The notes: generated from the sequence alone by a model not told the origin. A stretch of 18,235 bases of DNA from a candidate division FCPU426 bacterium (GCA_963830915.1 CAWHOE010000003.1:1-18235); one strand, 5' to 3'. Positions 8,021 to 16,933 are shown, counted from the stretch's first letter. A program made the numbers and translations.

Positions 8021-8932
8021 TTAAAACAGGAATAGGGCCCCGACGTTTACCGAACAATAATTCAGGGGTTCACCCAGTAAAGTCTCGACCGCCCTGAATT
8101 CCATCAAGGCCCTGCTATTCTCGTCCACTTTCACCGCCGCGCCGATCCCCTCATCTATGGAAGGGCCAGCCAGCAACTCGCCCGGGATAAGTCCTTGAGC
8201 CACAAAAGGAAGGCGCTTTGCGACGAACAAGCCTCCACCCCCCACCAGATAAACCTGGAAAGGACTGGTTGAGGAAAAAGGATAGACCTTCGTATTGGCC
8301 GCGATATTCCCCGCGATAAGCTCTGGTAATTGTCCATAAAGGGAATCTGGCGGGTTTCCCGGTGTCTGATTGGCCTGTGCTGACGGATCGGCCCCATTGG
8401 CTGTGAAATCGATCAGGTCCGTCTGTATCCCGCAGGCCCAATCAGGCGATGGCTGGATACCGAAATAAAAACTGGCTTGCCAGGGATTGGAAGTTGTACA
8501 CCCCAGCGCGGAGGATTGGAAAAGAAAAACCTTGCCCCAGGTAAAGGAAAGGTCGATGCCCCTAGACGGTTCGGGACTTTCCTCCGGGTGGGGTATGGGT
8601 AGGTTGGGATCCACGCCCGTCTTGTTATGGGCGATGAAAAATTGCAGGGGCGGATTGTCTGGGTGAAGTTTCAAGCTCTGGCGGTAATAGTCGAGGGCGC
8701 CCTTGATGTCCTTCAATCGGACAGAGCAATCTCCCATGGATTGAAGGACCTGCCAGCGCGTGCTGTCGTCGTTCAGGGCTTGCTCGAAATATTTCAGGGC
8801 TTTTTTATAATTCCCTTTGGCGTACTGGGCCAGACCTAGGTCATAGAGATAGGGCGAGGGGGTGGGTTGGGCAAAGACCGGAAAAAGACCCATCGATCCT
8901 AAAATCATAAGCAGCAACATCGTTCTTTTCAT
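8021..8932 (-). CDS. Exported TPR protein with probable C-terminal outer-membrane beta-barrel
   Basis: Signal peptide from MKRTMLLL (ATG 8932; track start 8977), TPR pattern YDLGLAQYAKGNYKKALKYFEQAL / SMGDCSVRLKDIKGALDYYRQSLKLHPDN, Pro-rich linker, amphipathic strands (PFQVYLVGGGG) and terminal VNVGALFLF. Confidence 0.75.
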   Translation of the reverse strand: MKRTMLLLMILGSMGLFPVFAQPTPSPYLYDLGLAQYAKGNYKKALKYFEQALNDDSTRWQVLQSMGDCSVRLKDIKGALDYYRQSLKLHPDNPPLQFFIAHNKTGVDPNLPIPHPEESPEPSRGIDLSFTWGKVFLFQSSALGCTTSNPWQASFYFGIQPSPDWACGIQTDLIDFTANGADPSAQANQTPGNPPDSLYGQLPELIAGNIAANTKVYPFSSTSPFQVYLVGGGGLFVAKRLPFVAQGLIPGELLAGPSIDEGIGAAVKVDENSRALMEFRAVETLLGEPLNYCSVNVGALFLF

Positions 8933-9054
8933 GTTGAACCACCCAGACCATTTGATTTCCATGACAGATTTTACCATTTAGTTCGGTCGGATTGTTTGAA
9001 GGAACCTTATAAACCAGAGGGAGAAATCAGGGTTTTTCAACTTACGCTCCCGGC

Positions 9055-9492
9055 CTACCAGCGGTTCTTTTCCGCGCGGGCGTCGTTGGTCTTGCGTATC
9101 TTCTCGGCGATGGCGGGATTCTTCATGAGTATCTTCTCGAAATTGTATTTCTCCAGGATGAAAAGCTCCGTCACTCCCTCCGCCATGACCGTGGCGTTGC
9201 GGGGCTCGTTGGTGAGCAGGGACATTTCCCCGAAGAATTCATCCGCCCGAAGCTCGGCCACTTTGACCCGGTTGGTCCCTTTTTTCCTCCAGACCGATAC
9301 CCGTCCCGTGGCGATCAGGTAGAAAGCGTCCCCCGGGTCGCCCTGGCGGATGATCTCAAAACCCTTGAAGACCCTCATGGCTCGAAGACCCAGGACAAGC
9401 TGGTCCAACTCGTGCATGTTGAGATATTGCAGGAAGTAGGCCCCATGAAGGACCCGGCGCAGATGGGCGAAAATGGCGGAAGTGTGGATCAA
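9055..9492 (-). CDS. Stand-alone cyclic nucleotide-binding domain protein
   Basis: IIRQGDPGDAFYLIATGRVSV...FFGEMSLLTNEPRNATV, a canonical cNMP-binding cassette; no HTH or enzyme domain; TTG start. Confidence 0.88.
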   Translation of the reverse strand: MIHTSAIFAHLRRVLHGAYFLQYLNMHELDQLVLGLRAMRVFKGFEIIRQGDPGDAFYLIATGRVSVWRKKGTNRVKVAELRADEFFGEMSLLTNEPRNATVMAEGVTELFILEKYNFEKILMKNPAIAEKIRKTNDARAEKNRW

Positions 9493-9758
9493 GTCCTGGT
9501 CCTCAACTCTTAAATTTCTAACATCGAAAGATGGTTATCTTACCAGCCTTTCGGGTCTCTTTTCGAACCATCTAACCCTTATCCGGGGTCCTTCCCACCC
9601 TTGCGGCTTTCAGGCCCCCCGGACCATCCCCGGCTTGGAGACAAGGACTTTAACACTGATTTTTCAAGGATGAAACAAGGTCAGTCCTTGGATGTAACTG
9701 GCGGAACTATACTTATAAATGTTTCCTATTTTCAAGTATGTCGAGGCGGAGGTTATCC

Positions 9759-10181
9759 ATGAGATTGTTATTCCTGAGCGCGGTCAACGCCGCCCGAAGC
9801 CAAATGGCCGAGGGGTTGGCCAAAGTGATGCTGGGGGAGCATTCATCGGTGCAAAGCGCCGGAACCGATCCGGGGGTGGTCCATCCCCTGGCCGTGGAGG
9901 CCATGAAGGATGTCAGTATCGATATCACCGCCCAAACCTCCAAGCCCATCGAGGATATCGACATTCGCCAAGTGGATACGGTGATCTATCTGAGCCCGGA
10001 AGCCAAGTGCCCGGTTTTCCTGGGCCATGCCATCCGCATCAACTGGGATATTCCGGACCCCGCCGACTTCACCGGAACCCAGGAGGAAAAACTGCGGCGC
10101 TTTCGGGAAGTGCGCGAGATGCTCCGCTCGAACTTGAATAAGCTGGTCCATCCGGAAAAAAAGATCCCCATGGAAGCTTGA
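9759..10181 (+). CDS. arsC: ArsC / low-molecular-weight PTP-fold protein lacking the P-loop Cys
   Basis: LLFLSAVNAARSQMAEG, VQSAGT.P..VHPLA..AM....IDI..QTSK, CPVF, WDIPDP, FREVRE. ATG 9759 follows GGAGG. Confidence 0.82.
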   Translation: MRLLFLSAVNAARSQMAEGLAKVMLGEHSSVQSAGTDPGVVHPLAVEAMKDVSIDITAQTSKPIEDIDIRQVDTVIYLSPEAKCPVFLGHAIRINWDIPDPADFTGTQEEKLRRFREVREMLRSNLNKLVHPEKKIPMEA

Positions 10182-10189
10182 CCCTGGTC

Positions 10190-11161
10190 TTACCGGCCGA
10201 ACATCACTCCGAATTCGAGGGGCATGTAACCCACCGGGTTGTCGGTAGGAACGAAATTATTCAATCCGCTGGTCGTTGTGCTCCAAACCATCCTGTCCTG
10301 GAAGAATAGATAGATGACCTTATCCACCTGGATCTCCACCCCAACCCCGCCTTCCAGCATGAAACCGTCGTCTGAATAGGACATGTTCTGGGTATAATTA
10401 TCCTTTTGCCAAATATAATTGTAATTGATGGTACAGATTCCCGGCCCGGCGAACAGATAGGGCCTCAAGCCTTTCGTAGCGAACCGAAGTTTGGCCAACA
10501 GGGACAGTCCCCCCGCCGTAAAGTTGTAGCCGCCCGTGACCGAGTCCTCAGCCGATCCGCTCCTGACAGCTTCCCCGTCCAGTAATAGGGAGAAGGTGGG
10601 GGACAATTTGTAGCCATACCCGAACGTCGCGTCAAAACCAGGATAATACTCCTTCGCTAATTTCGGGCTCAGGCCGAAAGCCCCGCCCAGACCCAACATC
10701 AACTCGGAATTCTTCAAAAAGTCGTAAAGTCCATTGAGGTTGTCCTGCAGTTTTTTGGCGTCCTCGGGCTCGCATTGGACGGCCTCGGGCGACACAATGA
10801 CTTTTCCCGGTTCAACATCGGACGCCCCTTTTTTCTTCAAAATGAGGATGGAATCGTCCTTTTTGATGCCGAACAAACCATTGGGTTTGACCCTCGTGAT
10901 GACGTCTATTTGGAGATCCAGCATTTCATTCGCCAAGTCCAATTCGTCGTCCGTCGGCTGACGGACTGTTATCTTATCCTCCGCCGCCTGGGAAACGGTC
11001 GCTTGGGAGACCGGCGCCTGGTCCGAGTCTGGCATTTCGATGACGGAAGTTTTGAGCGATTCCGCCCCGACTGGGGAGATGAAAGAGAACAGGGCCCATA
11101 ACAATAAGGACCCCCAGAAGGTTTTCATCACCCGTTTTCTCTCGATGAACGCTTTTCTCAT
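10190..11161 (-). CDS. Exported protein with C-terminal outer-membrane beta-barrel domain
   Basis: AAGGAG precedes ATG 11161 (alternative start 11128). Signal peptide, then strands GFDATFGYGYKL, LRPYLFAGPG, EGGVGVEIQV, LEFGVMF. Confidence 0.75.
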   Translation of the reverse strand: MRKAFIERKRVMKTFWGSLLLWALFSFISPVGAESLKTSVIEMPDSDQAPVSQATVSQAAEDKITVRQPTDDELDLANEMLDLQIDVITRVKPNGLFGIKKDDSILILKKKGASDVEPGKVIVSPEAVQCEPEDAKKLQDNLNGLYDFLKNSELMLGLGGAFGLSPKLAKEYYPGFDATFGYGYKLSPTFSLLLDGEAVRSGSAEDSVTGGYNFTAGGLSLLAKLRFATKGLRPYLFAGPGICTINYNYIWQKDNYTQNMSYSDDGFMLEGGVGVEIQVDKVIYLFFQDRMVWSTTTSGLNNFVPTDNPVGYMPLEFGVMFGR

Positions 11162-11220
11162 TAGACTACTCCTTGAATAATCGCTTTCGCTCAACACCTT
11201 TTGTTCCAGGCCAGCCCAAT

Positions 11221-12006
11221 TCACTCATTCAGGACGTAATTCGAGAAGACCAGGGAGAAGGAAAGCTCGCCCTCGATCACGGGGGTATGCATCACCGAAG
11301 TGATCTGTTTCAAGAGCCAATATTTCCCGATGACCTGGTACTCATACTGGGAAGTCCCATCCACGCCCCCCACCTTCAGACGGGTACCGCTCAGAAGGTA
11401 CCCTTTGGCCGTTTTCCAAAATTCCGGTACGGTCGTGACATTGACCAGGCCCGAACTGCCCGTCAAGTTCACCAATTTGGCCTGTTTGTCATAGGTCGAG
11501 GTCGTCATGCTTCCCTTTTCCGATTCGGTGACGATGAAGCCGTCCGCGGTGTTCGTGACCTTGCAATCCCTGGCGTAGGTCTCCTGGTCCGAATCGGGCT
11601 TGAAAGTGATCTCGTTCCATATGGTGATCTGGCCGTTCACCTCATCCTTGGAGCTCAACTGGGCTTTTTGCACCTCGGCGTCCAATTTCTCGTCCCCGGT
11701 GGAGGTGAACTGGCCCGGGGTGACCCTCACCTCGCCGACCGGGCTCACCGATACGTTGTAATTCAAGGCGTGGGTGGCCGCCAGCCACTTTTCATCCATT
11801 CCTTTGGCCCGGAATTGTTCGGTCAATTTGTCCGACCGCACCAATTGGACATTGCAGGTGAAGCCGTGCAGGCCTTCCCGCATCAGGCAGTAATAATAGA
11901 GGTTCAATTGCTCCAGGAACTTCACCGTCTGAGCGTCCGTCGCGGCCTGGACCGGCGCGACCCAACCCGCCAGCAAGACCGCCAGAAGAATGGCTTTTTT
12001 CAGCAT
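11221..12006 (-). CDS. Secreted hypothetical protein, homologous to the N-terminal domain of the upstream TraB/GumN fusion
   Basis: AAAGGAG precedes ATG 12006; signal peptide MLKKAILLAVLLAGWVAPVQA; motif YYCLMREGLHGFTC. Confidence 0.8.
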   Translation of the reverse strand: MLKKAILLAVLLAGWVAPVQAATDAQTVKFLEQLNLYYYCLMREGLHGFTCNVQLVRSDKLTEQFRAKGMDEKWLAATHALNYNVSVSPVGEVRVTPGQFTSTGDEKLDAEVQKAQLSSKDEVNGQITIWNEITFKPDSDQETYARDCKVTNTADGFIVTESEKGSMTTSTYDKQAKLVNLTGSSGLVNVTTVPEFWKTAKGYLLSGTRLKVGGVDGTSQYEYQVIGKYWLLKQITSVMHTPVIEGELSFSLVFSNYVLNE

Positions 12007-12046
12007 AACGGCTCCTTTCGATACGATAGTTTGACCCCTCACCGTC

Positions 12047-13699
12047 CTAGTACTGCTCCACTTCATACCCTTTTCGCCTCAACCGCTCGGGCAGGCCGAA
12101 TTCCCCCACCAAGTGAGCGCTCCCGACCACGATGAAATAGGTCCCCCGGCCCTGGAAAATGCGGTCGAACTGCCCCATCCACTTCTCGTTGCGGTACTTG
12201 AGGATCTTGTCCATGACGGCCTTGTCCTCCGCCGAGATATCCTGGTTGACCAACGAATCCAGATCGGTCGTATTGCCTGTTTTCCAATCGGCCAGTATCT
12301 CGTCCATGAACCGGTATTTGTTGCTGGACCCCTGGCTCGACCCGAACAGGATGCTGGCCTGGTCCTTGTCCGATAGGGTATCCATATCCTGGAACGGTTC
12401 ATACCAAAACTCCATCCCAAAAATGGGTTTTTTAGCGGCCTGGGCTTTGCGCATGAATATCTCGTCGATCCCGTATTCGTGCAGGTATCCGGTCTGGTCA
12501 TCCCCCTTGCTGGGGATCACGTCGTCCAGCACATAGGGCTTGTAGATGATGATCTGGTCCATCGGGATGCCAGACTTCTTGGCGAACTTCTTGATCAACT
12601 TCCATTGGGAGGGTTTCAAGTGGTTCTTCAGGCTGTCCCCCGGCGGGTAAACGCAATGGGTCCTGAAATAATCCGGCATGTCCTTTTTGACCTGTTCCCA
12701 CTGGGAAAGGTCGAACTCGAACCCGACATAATCGGAGGCCTGGAAACTCTTCTCCACGATCTCCGGTACCTGGAGGGGCTTGTTCCTCCGGATGTGGATG
12801 GAACCCAGCAGGTACACGGTCGCGGTGGCGGACCGGGCCCTCCAGAAAAAGTGCTTGGTCCCGGGGTTCTCGGAGGAAGCGGGGACGATCTGGGTATCCC
12901 CGTTGTCCTGCTCCACCGCCACCTGGGCGGTGTTCTGAAGCTGGTAATCGGACATTTGGTAATGGATCTGGAAAAGCCGGCCCGTGGTGCGGACGTAAAG
13001 GTCGAGGGTATCGGGCAGAAGGTACCCTTGGACGCTCTTATAGGTGGGGACGAAATCCAGGGCGAGGGGGCCGTTCTTGGTGTCTGTCTGCGACCCCATC
13101 CGGCTGATGACCACGCCCCGGGGGGTCTGGACGCATTCCATGGTCACATCCTCGTCCATATTTGGGGCCTTCACGATGAACCTATTGGCCAGGGCCTTGG
13201 CATCGAAACCGATGGAGTAAAAGGCGTTCTTGCTTTTCGCCTGGATGGTGAAGGTTTGGTCCTTCCCCCGGACGATCGAGTTGGTCCAATCCTTGTCGTA
13301 CCTACCGAACAGGTCGTTGGTCGAAAGGATGCCCCATATCTCCAGGAAAATGTTCGTCAGGTTGCTGATCAACCTCATCCTGGCCGGTGTCGCTTGCGGG
13401 TCCCCGCCGTTGGAGGAGAAAGAAAGGAAAGGCTGGACGCCCTCCCCCGGATAGGAAAAGTCGAAGACGCAACGGCTTGGTTGCCAGTTGAAACCCTCGA
13501 AGGCGTTCTCGATACCCAGAGGCGGCTGGCCCGTGAAAGTGGACGTCGCGTGACATTGGAAGCTTTTCAGTCCCTCGCGGGAGAGGGAGTAATAGGCCTG
13601 GTCCAAGTTTTGGAGATAGTCGCCGATATCCGGATCGTCGCCCAGGGCATAGGGCGTCGGAAGGCATAATAAGAGTAGAAATAGGACGGCTTTTTTCAT
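12047..13699 (-). CDS. Secreted two-domain protein: uncharacterised N-terminal domain plus TraB/GumN (TIKI-like) domain
   Basis: Signal peptide MKKAVLFLLLLC (ATG 13699; track start 13840). C-terminal FFWRA...VYLLGSIH, VGFE, YGID, GME, RNEKW, IVVGSAHLVG..GL...LRRKGY are TraB/GumN motifs. Confidence 0.88.
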   Translation of the reverse strand: MKKAVLFLLLLCLPTPYALGDDPDIGDYLQNLDQAYYSLSREGLKSFQCHATSTFTGQPPLGIENAFEGFNWQPSRCVFDFSYPGEGVQPFLSFSSNGGDPQATPARMRLISNLTNIFLEIWGILSTNDLFGRYDKDWTNSIVRGKDQTFTIQAKSKNAFYSIGFDAKALANRFIVKAPNMDEDVTMECVQTPRGVVISRMGSQTDTKNGPLALDFVPTYKSVQGYLLPDTLDLYVRTTGRLFQIHYQMSDYQLQNTAQVAVEQDNGDTQIVPASSENPGTKHFFWRARSATATVYLLGSIHIRRNKPLQVPEIVEKSFQASDYVGFEFDLSQWEQVKKDMPDYFRTHCVYPPGDSLKNHLKPSQWKLIKKFAKKSGIPMDQIIIYKPYVLDDVIPSKGDDQTGYLHEYGIDEIFMRKAQAAKKPIFGMEFWYEPFQDMDTLSDKDQASILFGSSQGSSNKYRFMDEILADWKTGNTTDLDSLVNQDISAEDKAVMDKILKYRNEKWMGQFDRIFQGRGTYFIVVGSAHLVGEFGLPERLRRKGYEVEQY

Positions 13700-13901
13700 A
13701 AGAAAGGCTTCTTTGGGTGAAATAGGTTCCAGTCCTACGACCATTGTATAAGAGGGGAATGGAGTTAACGCGGAAAACCAACAGCGTTGTTCCAATAGGG
13801 TTTGGCACAAATATTCCCCTGCCACGGGCCCTATCAACAAGACGGGAAAAAGGGGGATTTATTCCAGGTATTCGAGAAACAATCAACCGAAGGCGTCTAC
13901 C

Positions 13902-14186
13902 TCAGGCGCCCCCCTTCGGCATGAACTTCAGGGACCAAAAGAGGAACAGGATGATGATCGATAGGAGAGTGAGGAACCAAAAAATGGAAAACTCGTTGGT
14001 GAAGCTCTCAAAGGTCAGGACTATCAACAGCGCGAGAGAAAGGGTGCTCAACCCCACGTTCCACAAAAGGTTCTGGCGATTCTTTGGGTTCTTTTTGCCC
14101 TTGGGCCGGAGCAACTCAAGCCATGAATAAAGCGCGTGGGGAGCGACGATCAAGTACCCTACAAAAACAAGCGCTATGGAGTTCAT
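13902..14186 (-). CDS. Hypothetical small membrane protein (about 3 TM)
   Basis: 94 aa, hydrophobic segments separated by a Lys-rich loop; AAGGA upstream of the ATG. Confidence 0.6.
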   Translation of the reverse strand: MNSIALVFVGYLIVAPHALYSWLELLRPKGKKNPKNRQNLLWNVGLSTLSLALLIVLTFESFTNEFSIFWFLTLLSIIILFLFWSLKFMPKGGA

Positions 14187-14210
14187 TTCGGTCCTTCTTT
14201 GAAAGAGTGC

Positions 14211-14239
14211 CGGACATGTCCCGGTCGGTTGGCTATAAT
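14211..14239 (+). promoter_or_regulatory. Putative sigma-70 promoter
   Basis: CGGACA-N17-TATAAT, upstream of the AGGAGG RBS and ATG 14267. Confidence 0.5.
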
Positions 14240-14266
14240 CATACCATTCTAACCAGGAGGTCGAAT

Positions 14267-14581
14267 ATGCGTTGGTATCACCATGTTGCTTACTTTTTTG
14301 GCGGGGCTTTCCTCGTTAACGCCATTCCCCATTTCGTGAGCGGTGTTACGGGCCATCCTTTTCAAAGCCCATTCGCCACACCCCCGGGGCAAGGATTGTC
14401 CACCGCGACCGTGAACGTCTTGTGGGGCTATTTCAACCTGGTCATCGCCTACTTGCTCTTGTGCCGGGTCGGGAAATTCGACCTGCGCCGGACAATTCAT
14501 GTCGTAGTGGCCGGGTTGGGCGGGTTGTTGATGGCGCTCATGCTGGCCTACGCTTTTGGCCGCTTCTACGGGGGCATGTAA
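14267..14581 (+). CDS. Small hypothetical membrane protein
   Basis: AGGAGG precedes ATG 14267; MRWYHHVAYFFGGAFLVNAIPHFVSGVTGHPFQSPFATPPGQGLS..VNVLWG, three hydrophobic segments, 104 aa. Confidence 0.82.
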   Translation: MRWYHHVAYFFGGAFLVNAIPHFVSGVTGHPFQSPFATPPGQGLSTATVNVLWGYFNLVIAYLLLCRVGKFDLRRTIHVVVAGLGGLLMALMLAYAFGRFYGGM

Positions 14582-14592
14582 GAGAGCCCTGA

Positions 14593-16788
14593 TTAATTCT
14601 GCATCACGATGGCGTCGTAGAATTCCAGGGAAGGCACCTGAATGGTCGCCTTTTTGCCGTCGTAATCGAAGGTAAGTTCCTTTTCCCCCGTGCGATCCGG
14701 CGAGACGATGTAAACCCTCGAAGGTTTTTTGTCTGTTTCCACCCATACCTTGAACCCGCCTAATGGTTCGATCTTCCCGGCATAACGATGGTTGATCAAA
14801 TGCAGGACCAGCCGATGGGACGCCTCCTGGCTCATCAGGTTGAAGGAGATGTTCTTTTCCCCGACCGTGACCGAATTGGCGGCGTATTCGTTGTGATGGT
14901 ACAGGTCCGCGTGGTCCTGGTAGTACAAAGCGTAATCCTTGGTGAAATCCAACATGCCCAGGTCCTGGGCGCTGGGACCGTCGTCGATGGTTTCCAGGTG
15001 GAACGCGTAATAACAACCGGCCGCGTAGGCCTCGGCGGCGTAGATCCGCCAAAAATCCTTCTTTTGTTCCAGCGGCAAAGCGCAATAGTCGTTGATGGCC
15101 TGGTTGGTGAAATCCAGGAAGAACACCAAGGGCACCTGACCCGAGGTTTCCCAGCTCCTACGGTTCATTTTTTTGTAAGCTTCCATGAGCGAACGGTCGC
15201 CCCTCAGCTTGCCGTTCTCCACCGGCACATAGTCGTACCCCGTCCAGTCGCTCACATCGTCGCCCTGGTCGCAGTTGGGAAGGTAGATTCCCAGGCTGTT
15301 GAAGTCCGTGTAAGGCATGATGCCGTTGCAGGTGATCAACAGCTTCTTGCCGTATTTTTCCAAGGCGTAACTGCGCAGGTCGTCGATGATCCCCTTGTAG
15401 TATTTAGGAAGGTACGTGCCGACAAAAGTATCGGAAAGGTACATCCGGTTGCCGATGGCGTGGCCCCACTCCTTGGCCAGGGGATTGGCGGCGCTGAGGA
15501 CGCATTTTCCCGATGAATTGTTCTCGGTCCATCCGTTCTTTTGTAGATAGGTCCGGTAGTTGAAATTCCGTTTCAGGTCATCTGGCGGGACATTCCTCTT
15601 GAGGATATTGTCATCGGTCATCTGATATTCCCTTTTCCAGTCCGCCTTTTTGTAATGGGGATATTTGGCTAGGAGGTAACGGTTGAAATCTGCGATCGAG
15701 CAGTCGTCGAACCCCTCGTTATTGGTCCAATTCCTCTGGGGGCCTCCCAGGTAGGACGAGTTGGGCTCATCGAAGTGGATGCCGTCGGCCCCGCCGTCGA
15801 TCTGGATCTTGCAGATATCCGTGATGTATTTACGGTACCGGGGGTTGGCCAGCGCCCCCCGGTATTGGTCAGGCCCGATCCCCAAGGTCTGGTCGGCCCA
15901 GGGCACCAATTCATCGCTCGCGTCCCGGGTGGCCATGTCCAGGAACTGCGCCTCATCCTTGAACTCCTGTTTCTGGATGACGGTGGTCATGCCCCCCATG
16001 ACAAGGATGCCGGCGTGATGGCTTGCCTTGACCGCGTCGAAGTTGTAGTCCTCCGGCCGATTACCTTTCGTCCCCCATTTGATGAAGGACCGGTCGTTGA
16101 CATCGGCCTTGACCGCGTAAACGGAAGGGTTGTTCTCCTTCAGCAACTGTTGGCCGTAAATATAAACGGTCAAGCGGTCCATATCCGTGTCCAGCTTGCG
16201 GTCCTCCAGGACCAAAGGCGCTGTTTCCAAGGGCTTTTGAGTGACATCTTTGAGGGTGACGCGGGCGATGGTGAACCGGCCGGTCGTGGTAAAGAGGAAT
16301 TGGAACATCGCCTTCTCGTCGGTGGGAAAGGTCATTGTGAAGGTATAGGTGTAGCGGGTCATTTGGGTGGTGAGGGGAAAACTCCTCATCCGTGAATAGG
16401 CCGTCCAGGGTTCCTTGTTCAACTGCAACTGGGATATCAGGGTACTGGGCGGATCGGCTTTCGCCTCAAAGGACGCCTCGTAGGTTCGGCCATTCTCGAT
16501 CTTGATGTCCGGGTGTAAGCACCCCACCGACCAGGGAGACCCAAGTTTGTCGACACTGAACTCCGCGACGCCGTTTTGTACGGTGAATGTACCCGTGGTG
16601 TCCGGATGGGTCCAGAAGACCCAGCCTTCGGTCCCCTGACTGAAATCGCCGTTCGGGAGAAAGTTGTTTCCGTGGGTCGAAGGTTCGGCAAAAAGGAAGG
16701 GCGAGAAGTAATAAACCGCCATCGCGCATAGAACGGCCCTCATAAATCGGCTCATAGGGACTCCCAATATCATTTTTCGAAAGAACAT
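14593..16788 (-). CDS. Secreted putative glycoside hydrolase: CBM4/9-like module, TIM-barrel-like catalytic domain, C-terminal beta-sandwich
   Basis: Signal peptide (start could be 16754 or 16743). NFLPNGDFSQGTEGW...IENGRTYEASFEAKAD...LTTQMTRYTYTF is CBM_4_9-like. NPRYRKY...QIDGGADGIHFDE is typical of (beta/alpha)8 glycosidases. Confidence 0.72.
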   Translation of the reverse strand: MFFRKMILGVPMSRFMRAVLCAMAVYYFSPFLFAEPSTHGNNFLPNGDFSQGTEGWVFWTHPDTTGTFTVQNGVAEFSVDKLGSPWSVGCLHPDIKIENGRTYEASFEAKADPPSTLISQLQLNKEPWTAYSRMRSFPLTTQMTRYTYTFTMTFPTDEKAMFQFLFTTTGRFTIARVTLKDVTQKPLETAPLVLEDRKLDTDMDRLTVYIYGQQLLKENNPSVYAVKADVNDRSFIKWGTKGNRPEDYNFDAVKASHHAGILVMGGMTTVIQKQEFKDEAQFLDMATRDASDELVPWADQTLGIGPDQYRGALANPRYRKYITDICKIQIDGGADGIHFDEPNSSYLGGPQRNWTNNEGFDDCSIADFNRYLLAKYPHYKKADWKREYQMTDDNILKRNVPPDDLKRNFNYRTYLQKNGWTENNSSGKCVLSAANPLAKEWGHAIGNRMYLSDTFVGTYLPKYYKGIIDDLRSYALEKYGKKLLITCNGIMPYTDFNSLGIYLPNCDQGDDVSDWTGYDYVPVENGKLRGDRSLMEAYKKMNRRSWETSGQVPLVFFLDFTNQAINDYCALPLEQKKDFWRIYAAEAYAAGCYYAFHLETIDDGPSAQDLGMLDFTKDYALYYQDHADLYHHNEYAANSVTVGEKNISFNLMSQEASHRLVLHLINHRYAGKIEPLGGFKVWVETDKKPSRVYIVSPDRTGEKELTFDYDGKKATIQVPSLEFYDAIVMQN

Positions 16789-16933
16789 CCGCCTAACAGG
16801 ACCATTGATTGGACGAAGTCAGGAACCGGAAGTGTCGGCTCAAAGAGGATTTTCCTGGAAAGGGATCAAATATGCCTCGTGCCCTATTCAGGTAAGAGAT
16901 CTTGAGGTTCTCGCCGGGGATGATCTATCGTTA

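Noticed and set aside
9759..10181. Arsenic-resistance locus, or codon reassignment of AGC to Cys
   Set aside because: No other ars genes are present. AGC encodes conserved Ser elsewhere (RSQMAE and QSAGT in this gene) and TGC is used for Cys.
13803..13817. TGGCACAAATATTCC, resembling a sigma-54 promoter on the plus strand
   Set aside because: The -12 element is TTCC rather than TTGC, and it points antisense to the neighbouring genes.
14249..15085. 278-aa minus-strand ORF overlapping the GH gene end and the small membrane gene
   Set aside because: Arg/Gly/Pro-rich alternative-frame translation with no motifs, conflicting with two better-supported genes.
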